DNA of 64,000 bases from Candidatus Bathyarchaeota archaeon (lineage in GTDB: Archaea; Thermoproteota; Bathyarchaeia; Bathyarchaeales; Bathycorpusculaceae): assembly GCA_963815095.1 (NCBI GenBank), contig CAWFFH010000004.1, forward strand, positions 1-64,000, given 5' to 3'. A program made the translations under genes and the position numbers. Position 1 is the stretch's first letter, and every line of letters starts with the position of its first letter. Below are positions 8,755 to 17,321 of this stretch, piece by piece. The notes under the pieces were generated by a model that was not told where the DNA came from, made no database searches, and saw nothing but the letters and a program-made list of their open reading frames with translations.

Positions 8755-8852
8755 AAGCACAAATTCTCAAAAGTAACTCTGTCGAAAAATACATTTTGGT
8801 CAGCTTAACGGAAGAAGTTGTTCTCAAAAACGTAAACTTAGCATTTTAAATA

Positions 8853-8900
8853 GGTCACTAATATTGGAAACTCTGGAACGGTTGGAGATGGGTTGGTCAA
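8853..8900 (-). pseudogene. Remnant of a PEF-CTERM gene end
   Basis: Minus strand reads TNPSPTVPEFPILV with no intact ORF. Confidence 0.5.
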
Positions 8901-8993
8901 ATCAGAACTTGCTTGTATGGTGGATCAACTGTTGAGTGCATCTCAAATTTTATAAAGCAACCATCGCGCCATACTGTTTTAGGGACCGCTTGC

Positions 8994-9077
8994 ATGACTG
9001 ACTTCAATAATGACGAACAAGCTGCAGAGGCAATCTGTAGGGTATTAACTGCTCTAGTAACTGTTGACTGGAGCTGA
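8994..9077 (+). CDS. 27-aa mini-ORF resembling the N-terminus of the next gene
   Basis: MTDFNNDEQAAEAICRVLTALVTVDWS* versus MAINFNDKEQANKAIYTAILAL. Confidence 0.45.
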   Translation: MTDFNNDEQAAEAICRVLTALVTVDWS

Positions 9078-9081
9078 AAGG

Positions 9082-9540
9082 ATGGCCATAAATTTTAACG
9101 ATAAAGAGCAGGCAAACAAAGCAATCTACACTGCTATATTAGCACTGAATTCTCCTTATGCCCTGCAGACTGACGCTGTGTTAGTTCAAGCTGCGCCGGT
9201 TCAGAACCAATGGTACACCGTTTTAGACACCAAAGTGAATGCTCGTATCTACTCGATTGTGCCAATCGTTTGGGTTGCCGATGAGACAATAGAAATTAGA
9301 ATTACCACGAAAAATCGCACGTTTACAGGCAGCTTCAACGCAACGCACACGACTTACTATTGGGCGTTTTTAAAGATGTACGGTGAAGGCTTAGACTTTG
9401 ACACCGCAAATAAGCGATTAGCTGGCTTTGATGCTCCCTTAGAAGATCCTAGCATAAAAATCGAGATAAGAAAGACAACTGCTAACGGCGCTGGGAATCT
9501 GGAGTGCCGGGTTGTTTGGGCTCAAAAAGAAACAGCCTAA
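9082..9540 (+). CDS. Hypothetical beta-rich protein, possibly a virion component
   Basis: ORF track (in-frame ATG at 9082); orientation and style match the proviral segments. Confidence 0.6.
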   Translation: MAINFNDKEQANKAIYTAILALNSPYALQTDAVLVQAAPVQNQWYTVLDTKVNARIYSIVPIVWVADETIEIRITTKNRTFTGSFNATHTTYYWAFLKMYGEGLDFDTANKRLAGFDAPLEDPSIKIEIRKTTANGAGNLECRVVWAQKETA

Positions 9541-9559
9541 TTTTTGGCTTCTTCATGCT

Positions 9560-10485
9560 TTATCCAGTGTTTTTCCCTCTTTTCTTGAGCTTGGCGTAGA
9601 CCAGCACGGCTGCAACCACTGCAACAAATAAGAGAGCAGCTGAAACAGGCACTAATGGGAAAGGCTCTGTCCGTGGAGGTTCCGCACCAGTATTAATGGT
9701 CGGATGCATTGTTGTGATAGGTGTAGCTGATGGAAAAAGGCTAAAGTTAGGAATCTCAAAATCGGTTATCGGGTTAACTAATGGATGGTAATCAATGCTT
9801 CTGCCCGTTGCCCACGAGTATCTATCATCTATGTAGGGTGTGTTCCAGATTCCCAACCCTTCAACTTGGGTGGCGTTAGGATATTTGATTGTGTAGTTGC
9901 TCCAGTAGTTCCTATCCACAAAGGGTGCATCTGCTAAATCAACAAGTGTGCCACTGTCAAAGAAGTTGTTTTCAGTTAGGACATCATGTCCTCCAAGGTT
10001 ATAATCGACAAAAATATAGGAATCAATGAAAAAAGTTGTTTTTTACGACATTTCCTTCTCCGGTGCGCTAGGATATGAATTCGGGTGTTTTCGAAGCGGT
10101 TGCCTATGAAACTGTTGTTGTTTGAGGGAGTGTATATGCCTTCTGAGGAGGTGGAAATTCGCAGATTCTTCACTAAGACATTACCGTATGCATTAAAGGT
10201 CTCATCATGTCCAACAAGATTTATACCTCTCCCGTTCCCTTCAAGGGTATGTCCCGCTCCATCAATTGTAATGCCAGCTTTCTGAACTGTTATGGTGCCA
10301 AAAATATCTACTATAAAGGTGTAGGTGCTCCCGTTTCGTTGAAGCCAAGTAAAATCGGTGTTTGGTTCAACGCTTCCATCTGCCTTAATGGTTAGATTGA
10401 GCGGTTCTTGCGCTCTAACAGGTAGCATAACAATTGAAAGGGAAACTATGAAGCTTATTGTAATTAGTGCAATTAGGGCTTTCAT
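9560..10485 (-). pseudogene. Frameshifted NosD-like beta-helix surface protein with EPF-TM anchor
   Basis: ORFs 9976-10509 (ITIDGAGHTL) and 9560-9919 (RNYWSNY, DYHPL, TEPFP-TM) form one gene broken by indels. Confidence 0.75.
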
Positions 10486-10530
10486 TTGGTATCTCCAATA
10501 GGTGTCCAAAATTTTTGTTTTATAAGGGTT

Positions 10531-10552
10531 TTCGTCAAGGAACCTTGACTAA
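10531..10552. repeat. Motif A
   Basis: TTCGTCAA-GGAACC-TTGACTAA next to the BRE/TATA of the 10485 gene. Confidence 0.75.
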
Positions 10553-10670
10553 GCACTCAATGGACGAGAATAGTGTAATTTGTTTTAGTATTTTGTGATT
10601 AAAGTCAATAGCTCAAGTCTTATAACGGCTAGCTGACAAACCCTCTCTAAAATGCAGGGGTAAGTCAGTT

Positions 10671-11397
10671 TTGAAACTGCATGCACTACTAAATCTCTAC
10701 AACGATCGAACCTTCATTGCGGCGATGCTTGAGAGCATCCGAGACATCGCAGACTCATTGATAGTTGTGGATGGCGCCTATTCGCAGTATTTGGAGCACT
10801 ACAAAGCCTTTGTTCCAGACGCAAAAGCATGGAGTACCGATGGCAGCCTTGAGATCATCGAAGCCTTCCAAGACAAACCCGAAGTCCATATCTTTAAAAC
10901 TAAGGATGAAAATACCTGTTGGGAAAACCAAGCGGTTAAGCGTAACTTTTTGATCGAGCAGGTTCCCGATGGCGATCCCGTTTCTCATTATCGATGCAGA
11001 CGAGATGATAATGGGCGATGCGCAAGAGGCGCTTGAGAAGTTCTATGAATCGGGCTGTCTAGCGATGCAAACTCCGCTCTACACTCCTGGTCTGCAGCAG
11101 GACCGCATCATTCCCCGTTGGCATCCCCGAGTATTCATCAAACGCCCAGGCATGCACTACAAAGGCACTCATTGGCACCTCCGAGACAAAGCCGACCGCA
11201 TCATAGAAGAGAAATATCCTATGTTCTTCACAGACCTCACAGCATTGGTTCACCTCAAGAGCTTCAAGGACAACTCACGGCTGATTCCCCATCAAAACTA
11301 CATGTTAACCCTAGCCGAGAGGGGATGGACCGAAACCTCCCCCGGGCAAACAAAAGAAGGCGAAAAGAAACCATGGATAGAAGAAACCAAACCATAG
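10671..11397 (+). CDS. GT-A fold (GT2-like) glycosyltransferase, frameshifted near 10975
   Basis: IVVDG, STDGS, KRN and FLIIDADE (DxD) motifs split over two ORFs. Confidence 0.75.
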
Positions 11398-11651
11398 AGC
11401 AATTTGTACGAGACACTGACTTCATGGCTAAGCTCAAAGCAGCCCTCGAAAATATTGAGCAAGGCAGAGGCTTCGCAGTTTTTGAAGGCCTCCAAAAAAA
11501 GGGCACCTGCAACATCGCCATAACCTTTGACGGCAAAGACAGTCTTTACGTGGCTGCCCTGGATCTTTCAAGCGTAAGACCTGAAGTGCGTGTCAAACAA
11601 GAAACCCCCAAAAACATAGAAAGCAAACCTGAGAGGTCTGGCAAGAAATGA
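11373..11651 (+). CDS. Hypothetical protein
   Basis: MDRRNQTIEQF...; translationally coupled to its neighbours. Confidence 0.55.
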   Translation: MDRRNQTIEQFVRDTDFMAKLKAALENIEQGRGFAVFEGLQKKGTCNIAITFDGKDSLYVAALDLSSVRPEVRVKQETPKNIESKPERSGKK

Positions 11652-12697
11652 GTCAGATGAGCTATAATGCGGAATATGATGCATCAACCGTACTTGAGCA
11701 GCCGCAGAATAAGACAAAGCTCAAAGTGCTCAACCTCGCTACTCAAGACATGGCAGGGGCAGGATACTGTCTTAGTCATGCCCTAAACAAGCTACCCGAT
11801 GTCCAGAGCATTAATCTGCGCACAAGCAACAACTACCTAAACTATCCCTCGATGTCAGAAGCCCGCCACTATGGCAAAGAAGGCTGCAAACAAATCGTCG
11901 AAGACGCCGACGTCGTCATTTTCCACAGTGCCGTACGACCCTTTTTTGATGCCTTCCAACTTGACAAAGAGAAGCTAAAAGCCAAACGTAAGTTCGTCTA
12001 TTTCCATGGTAGCGAATGCAGAAACTATGGTGAACAAATTATCAAGGACGCCAAGGATGTTATGGGCGACTTTGACATCCTCGTCTCTACACCCGACCTC
12101 TTAACACTGGTTCCACCAGAGAATAGTTATTGGCTACCTGTTGCCCGGGACTTTAAGGCCATCAAAAACAAATACGGCGACAACGCGGAGGATCAGGCTG
12201 CTCTCAGGGGCTGGGCTGAGCTTAAACGCCGCACGGTTCTTGGGCATGCACCGACAAACCTGCAGCTCAAGGGCTCAGCGCTCTTCTATAAGGTTATAAC
12301 CGAAATAATTGAAACCATCGATGATGTCGAGTTTCAAAGCATCAAGGATCTGCCCTGGGATAGCTGCCTGCGACTTCTGCGCACAGTTAACGTTCTATAT
12401 GATCAGCATGTCATCGGTAGCTACGGTATGGTTGCAGTGGAAGCATCCATTTTTGGCGCTGCAGTTTTCTGCAAACTCAAGCCCGAAGTTGCGGCATTCA
12501 TCGAAAAGGAGACAGGAGAAAAACAGCCTTTCATCCAATGGATAGATGAGGATGAGCTTAGGACCCAGAGCTTTATGATAGCCCAAGACCCCAAGCTGCA
12601 GCAAGAGTTCGGAGCTAAAACATACGAGTTCTGCCACCGACTCCACGATGACATCAACGTAGCAACACGCTTCATGCGCCTGCTAGAGAAAACTTGA
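11648..12697 (+). CDS. GT-B fold glycosyltransferase-like protein
   Basis: FHGSE, HAPTN..LKG and DQ..IGSYGMVAVEA motifs. Confidence 0.75.
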   Translation: MSQMSYNAEYDASTVLEQPQNKTKLKVLNLATQDMAGAGYCLSHALNKLPDVQSINLRTSNNYLNYPSMSEARHYGKEGCKQIVEDADVVIFHSAVRPFFDAFQLDKEKLKAKRKFVYFHGSECRNYGEQIIKDAKDVMGDFDILVSTPDLLTLVPPENSYWLPVARDFKAIKNKYGDNAEDQAALRGWAELKRRTVLGHAPTNLQLKGSALFYKVITEIIETIDDVEFQSIKDLPWDSCLRLLRTVNVLYDQHVIGSYGMVAVEASIFGAAVFCKLKPEVAAFIEKETGEKQPFIQWIDEDELRTQSFMIAQDPKLQQEFGAKTYEFCHRLHDDINVATRFMRLLEKT

Positions 12698-12703
12698 GAG
12701 GTT

Positions 12704-13293
12704 ATGCGACTTTTGGGTTACCGTGGACGTTCCCCAACTCTGCAGGATATGCTCAACTATTGGGAGAGTAGAGCCTCCTCCTACTATGTTGAGGATCCCT
12801 TCGGCAGAAGTATTCTAAAAGCTTTCATAGACAAGCTCCAGCCGCAGAGCCTAATCGAAATCGGCTGCGGCAACGGGGAACTTTTGCAGCTCTACAGGAA
12901 CGTACCTAGCGCTGTAGGAGTTGACTGGAGCGAAAACATGCTTCAGAGAGCAAACCAACGTAAAGCCCGCCACTTTTTACCCAACCTGAGGCTTTGGCGC
13001 CATGACATAACACAATGCGCCCTCAAGGACACTACGACGTCGCCGTTACCCGCACAGTCCTAATGCACATTCCACCGGAGGCTATGGAGAAAACCGTGCG
13101 CCACGTTGCTAAATGTGCCGATCGATTTCTCATCTTCGAGTACTTTGAGTCCATTAAAACCGTTCCTTTGGCGCCGCATAATTGGCTACATGACTATGTC
13201 TCGCTTTTTGAGAAAGAAAACTGTGAACTCATCGAAAACTACGCCCGAGCAGACCTACCCCAGGTGCTTTTCGTATTCCAAAAAAAGCAGTAG
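12704..13293 (+). CDS. Class I SAM-dependent methyltransferase, frameshifted near 13020
   Basis: IEIGCGNG and GVDWSENML, then YDVAVTRTVLMHIP in a second frame. Confidence 0.8.
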
Positions 13294-13349
13294 ACTGCAC
13301 CCCAAGGTCAACAAAAATGCAGAAAAACTGTAGTTTCATCCTTAATGTG

Positions 13350-13395
13350 TTAGTTAAGAAACCTTGACTGTTCTTAGTCAAGAGTCTTGTACGAG
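13350..13395. repeat. Two tandem motif-A copies (24-bp period), opposite orientation, between convergent genes
   Basis: TTAGTTAA-GAAACC-TTGACTGT and TTAGTCAA-GAGTCT-TGTACGAG. Confidence 0.7.
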
Positions 13396-13475
13396 AAGTC
13401 TTTCATTGAAAGCTCGAAAACCTGCTTCAGAGATTAAGTAGACTTTACGAAAGAACACTTAAGGTGTATAAGTAA

Positions 13476-14840
13476 TTACAAAGTTTTACGCTGACTGTTT
13501 TTTCGTCTAAGCAAAATCGTTGAAACAACAATTAATGCAACGACAACCGCTATAGCCACTGGCAAAATAATTTGCAAAGGTAATTCTGACTTTTCTGGTA
13601 GGTTTGGCGTCACTGAAGGTACAGGTGAGGCTGTAGGTTGCGGTAGGAAAGGTTGTGTCTTAAGTAGGTAGTAGACATTACCGTGACTCATCGTTTGCCA
13701 TTCACCCCCAATAAGCAGACTACCATCCTTGGCTTCCATCAAAGAATGCGCTTGATAACCGTATTGACCTCTATCACCGTAGGTTTGATTCCACTCCACA
13801 GTTCCTTGAGCATCCGTTTTAAGCAACCAAACCTTGCCAAAGCTTGCTGTACCAGCAAAAGCCAAACCGCCGTCACTAGATATTATTGCAGAATTTAATC
13901 TGCCACCAGTGTAAACGTTATGGAGAAAGGTGCTTGAGACATTGTAGGTTTTTGTCCATTGCACAAAGCCATTCGAGTCGGTTTTTATGACTTTTGCAAT
14001 TCCTGTGAAATCCGTCAAAATGTAACCTCCATCGCCAGTTTGAACCACTTCTTTATTACCCCATGTACTTTCTCCTGAATCGTAAGTTCTACTCCAAATC
14101 AAAGAGCCTGATGAACTTATTTTCAACAAAACAAGGTCAGCTGCATTGGTTGAGATTTCTGTGGCTTCTTTATTGTATGCATAACCTGTAACTATGAAAT
14201 TGCCATCTTCTGCCTGGATCAGTTGGGACAATTCAGCAAACTGGTATTGAAGAGTTTTACTCCAAGAAAGTCTTCCTTGGGAATCGGTCTTCACCATCCA
14301 AAGCGAGGACAAGTTATGGGTGCCTAATTCTGTTCCTGATATGGCAAAACCCCCATCATTTGTTTGCACCATAGAAATCCCATACCCATTATGCGAAAGA
14401 GTGCGGTTCCACTCTATGGTGCCGTTTAAATCTACCTTGATGAGTTCAACTCTATTGTTTTTTCCGCTGGCAAAAACATAGCCTTGATCGCTTGTTTGTG
14501 CCAATCCGCCCACATAGGCAAAATCATATGAGGTTGACCCATTAAACCATCTCTCCCATTCGATATTTCCCGTTTTGTCTATTTTTAGCAAAATTACTCT
14601 TGCCACTTCATAAGATAATCCCGAATAGTGATTTTTAGGAGCTAAAAGAACGTACCCGCCATCTGTGCTTTGAACCATGAAGTTTATTGCATCGTCGGGA
14701 TAAGCTTCGGTGTAATATTTTTCCCATTGAATAACTGGCTCATTGACGTTTTGAGCAGTAGCATCTTGTTTGGTTGTCAGAGGACTCAGTAATACAATTA
14801 ATGTTAATGTCGCTACCCAGATTTTTTTATTATTTAGCAT
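13476..14840 (-). CDS. Beta-propeller surface protein (QT.DGG repeats) with C-terminal TM anchor
   Basis: Repeated (Q)T.DGG.../KTD..G...W..T motifs; likely start MLNNKK. Confidence 0.85.
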   Translation of the reverse strand: MLNNKKIWVATLTLIVLLSPLTTKQDATAQNVNEPVIQWEKYYTEAYPDDAINFMVQSTDGGYVLLAPKNHYSGLSYEVARVILLKIDKTGNIEWERWFNGSTSYDFAYVGGLAQTSDQGYVFASGKNNRVELIKVDLNGTIEWNRTLSHNGYGISMVQTNDGGFAISGTELGTHNLSSLWMVKTDSQGRLSWSKTLQYQFAELSQLIQAEDGNFIVTGYAYNKEATEISTNAADLVLLKISSSGSLIWSRTYDSGESTWGNKEVVQTGDGGYILTDFTGIAKVIKTDSNGFVQWTKTYNVSSTFLHNVYTGGRLNSAIISSDGGLAFAGTASFGKVWLLKTDAQGTVEWNQTYGDRGQYGYQAHSLMEAKDGSLLIGGEWQTMSHGNVYYLLKTQPFLPQPTASPVPSVTPNLPEKSELPLQIILPVAIAVVVALIVVSTILLRRKNSQRKTL

Positions 14841-15044
14841 TAATCCATGTTTGGGCTGTATGCTTAAATGCCTTTGCAATAACGTTCATCTTTATTAGAG
14901 TGGAAGTTCCAACCCAATCAGCATCGAAAAACCATCTTTCAAAACAAACCGAACGTTTAAATGAAAAAGCATAAACTAAAAATACTAAGAAAAGCTTCGG
15001 GAAACTTAACTTTACTAAAGTTCTTTCAAAAGTTATATTCGGTT

Positions 15045-15110
15045 GGATCCGTTTGCAAGTTTGAATTCTAAAAATAGGGTCTAATTGGGGTGAATACCAG
15101 ATTTCCATAA
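15045..15110 (-). repeat. Truncated inverted copy of the 5' end of the 22508 gene
   Basis: Reverse complement TTATGGAAATCTGGTATTCACCCCAA...TTAGAATTCAAACTT.CAAACGG matches 22506-22570. Confidence 0.85.
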
Positions 15111-15258
15111 ACTCCATTTGTGAACACGTGCCATTTTTGTTTTTTCCTCTAAACAAAAAGACTAATGCTTCTTAGTTAGCGCTTGTGGCTTCACCTATGC
15201 AACAACACATCTTAATTATTCTGTTTCAAGATAGATGCGAAATAGCGAGGTTAAAGAT

Positions 15259-15496
15259 ATGATTTCTGCAGTGGTTCTATTAAATACGGATTCAGGTACC
15301 CAAGACCAAATACTAGAAAGCCTAAAGCTCGTTGACGGCGTAGAAGAAGCACACGCACTCTACGGGGTCTACGATCTGTTAGTCAAAATCAAAGGAAACT
15401 CCGTCGATAAGCTTAAGAGAAATAGCCAAACAGCGAATAAAACCAATTGCAGGCGTAAATAGTTCACTGACATTGATGATAGTTCAGGACAACTAA
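15259..15496 (+). CDS. Lrp/AsnC ligand-binding (RAM) domain protein, frameshifted
   Basis: AVVLLNT...GVEEAHALYGVYDLLVKIK; second frame ends GVNSSLTLMIV. Confidence 0.75.
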
Positions 15497-15557
15497 TTTT
15501 TTTTGTTGTTTCAGCTTGTGACAGCATTATTTTATATTATTTTCAATCGGTAATATT

Positions 15558-15690
15558 GATCAGGCATAGTCCGACAAAGCATTTAGTTGGGCTGGTTTGG
15601 CTGCTAACAAGAGATAAGCATGTATGTGCCCCTCTTTTGCCTTATCGATGTTAGCACATGGCTAAGCTAGCTTAACCCTTTCTTTTCCCC
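15558..15690 (+). ncRNA. Long-hairpin ncRNA family, copy 1
   Basis: TTTATA at 15531; 16-bp basal stem 15586-15601/15661-15676 with 5 G-U pairs, 4-nt bulge, 8-bp inner stem, pyrimidine-rich tail. Confidence 0.75.
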
Positions 15691-15780
15691 TCTCGACTAA
15701 AACCTGTTTCAACAATCTATCTGTTTCAGTTTCTTTGTTGTCAGCTTTTGCAATGTTAGCTATTTCCAAGTTATTCAGAT

Positions 15781-16005
15781 TTAAGATTTAGCATTCTGCT
15801 CTTTATAGAGCTGCAATACTTCTGCGACAGCTATCAAAATGCCAAGGGTTCCAAACACAATTCCAGACAGATTGTTATCATACCTAAAACCTGGAATAGG
15901 ATTCACTGTCCCATTAGAGAAAACAAAAATAAATCCAGTTAAACCACCAATAATTCCAATGATAAATAATAAAAGGCGAGTTAATGTTGCTCTCTTATAT
16001 TTCAT
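15781..16005 (-). CDS. Small two-TM membrane protein
   Basis: ORF track; two hydrophobic helices. Confidence 0.6.
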   Translation of the reverse strand: MKYKRATLTRLLLFIIGIIGGLTGFIFVFSNGTVNPIPGFRYDNNLSGIVFGTLGILIAVAEVLQLYKEQNAKS

Positions 16006-16102
16006 TCTTTTTAACCTTGAGTATATTCTACACTATGAAGTTTTAATCGTTTGCTAGAAAAAATTATGTTTGAACTTGGGCTTTTATCTCTATAAGAGAC
16101 TG

Positions 16103-16429
16103 TTATATGCACTGAAGAGGCCTTGCAATTGAGGAGTTCTTCAGTTCATGTCCCTTATTTAGAAGTTCTAGCGCCTCATCATTTGTTATTCCGAAAGGGA
16201 GAAAATCTTTATGAAAACTATCTACATGTCTGCGTACTACAGTTATGGCTTCACATATATCGCCTAAGATTTCAAAACTGTAACCGCACGGACATCGACC
16301 TTTTAACCTTCTCCTCATACCCAACATCTCCTCAATCGACTCAAACATATCATGCTGAGATATATACTTCTGTGACTGTGTAGGCGCAATTACAAGACTA
16401 TCATTTGCAGATGTTAGTTTTGCTAACAA
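16103..16429 (-). CDS. Small putative metal-binding protein
   Basis: CPCG...H...H pattern. Confidence 0.5.
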   Translation of the reverse strand: MLAKLTSANDSLVIAPTQSQKYISQHDMFESIEEMLGMRRRLKGRCPCGYSFEILGDICEAITVVRRHVDSFHKDFLPFGITNDEALELLNKGHELKNSSIARPLQCI

Positions 16430-16593
16430 GTCCTTTTATAATTCAGAAAAAACCAACTTTTTCTGAAGACAAGTTCAATAAAAATGCAAAAGGCTGCTTT
16501 GTTTCTAGCCTCGACCACCACTTTTCTTCTTTTGTGTCTGGAGTGGCCTAAACTGAAAAGCACAGTAAGGAAGAGTAAGAAAATTACTAAGCT

Positions 16594-17082
16594 CTATGGT
16601 GGGGGTGGAGGCGGAATGTTTGGCGGGATAATGTTATTCAGGTATTTGTTTTTTCTTCCTCTTCTTTGGTCTTGAATCCAGAACAAACCATAAACTAGTA
16701 TATAGCAAAGGAAGTAAGCGACCAGTATTATGGTGTATTGGTTTAGGTAATCAATTTCATTTATTGTTTTATTGATCACTAAATTATAGTCTAAGTAAAG
16801 GAGCCCTAAACTGACAGCAAAAATAGGTATTACAAATGGTGTTGTCTTGCGAACAAGGTACGCCCTTTTTTTATCTCGTGAAAATGGCTCTAAAAATATT
16901 AGAGTAAAATAGGTAATATAAGTGACATTACTGATGAAATTAGCAGTGTCATTCTCAATTAAGTGGTTGATTTCCTGAAGATACACCCAAAAAGTTATCG
17001 CAATAAATGTTGAAAAAATTATCGAGTAGTAGACTATTCGCTTCCAATTCCTACGGGAAAAGCCTTGTTTCTCAACAGCCAT
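16594..17082 (-). CDS. Four-TM membrane protein with poly-Pro tail
   Basis: Likely start MAVEKQ; hydrophobic helices. Confidence 0.65.
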   Translation of the reverse strand: MAVEKQGFSRRNWKRIVYYSIIFSTFIAITFWVYLQEINHLIENDTANFISNVTYITYFTLIFLEPFSRDKKRAYLVRKTTPFVIPIFAVSLGLLYLDYNLVINKTINEIDYLNQYTIILVAYFLCYILVYGLFWIQDQRRGRKNKYLNNIIPPNIPPPPPP

Positions 17083-17189
17083 AATAACTCTATATCCGTG
17101 TTTGCTTTTAAAACTAATCCAACCTTTTTTTCCAGTACATGGCAAGTTGTTTTTGGGCGGCATCCAAACGGTGATGCTGTTAACAGTCT

Positions 17190-17310
17190 CCTCAGGTGGC
17201 AAGGGGCAGGCAAACCCACAGCGTCGAACACGCCTTTCTCAGTTTCTCTAGCCACTGGTATACGATCTTTGATTAGTCCTTCGCTATATTTGAGCCACAT
17301 TCCTTTTGAA
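17190..17310 (-). pseudogene. Remnant resembling a DNA polymerase X thumb domain
   Basis: KGMWLKYSEGLIKDRIPVARETEKGVFDAVGLP..PPEE resembles the PolX C-terminal GL...TE..(I/V)F..LGLP..PP..R pattern. Confidence 0.5.
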
Positions 17311-17321
17311 AAAGCGGTGTT

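Noticed and set aside
578-13395. Classical integron attC sites
   Set aside because: No RYYYAAC...GTTRRRY ends or long bottom-strand hairpins, and the integrase shows no recognisable IntI-specific insertion
16484-16675. ORF with a poly-Gly run
   Set aside because: Antisense shadow of the poly-Pro tail of the 16594 gene
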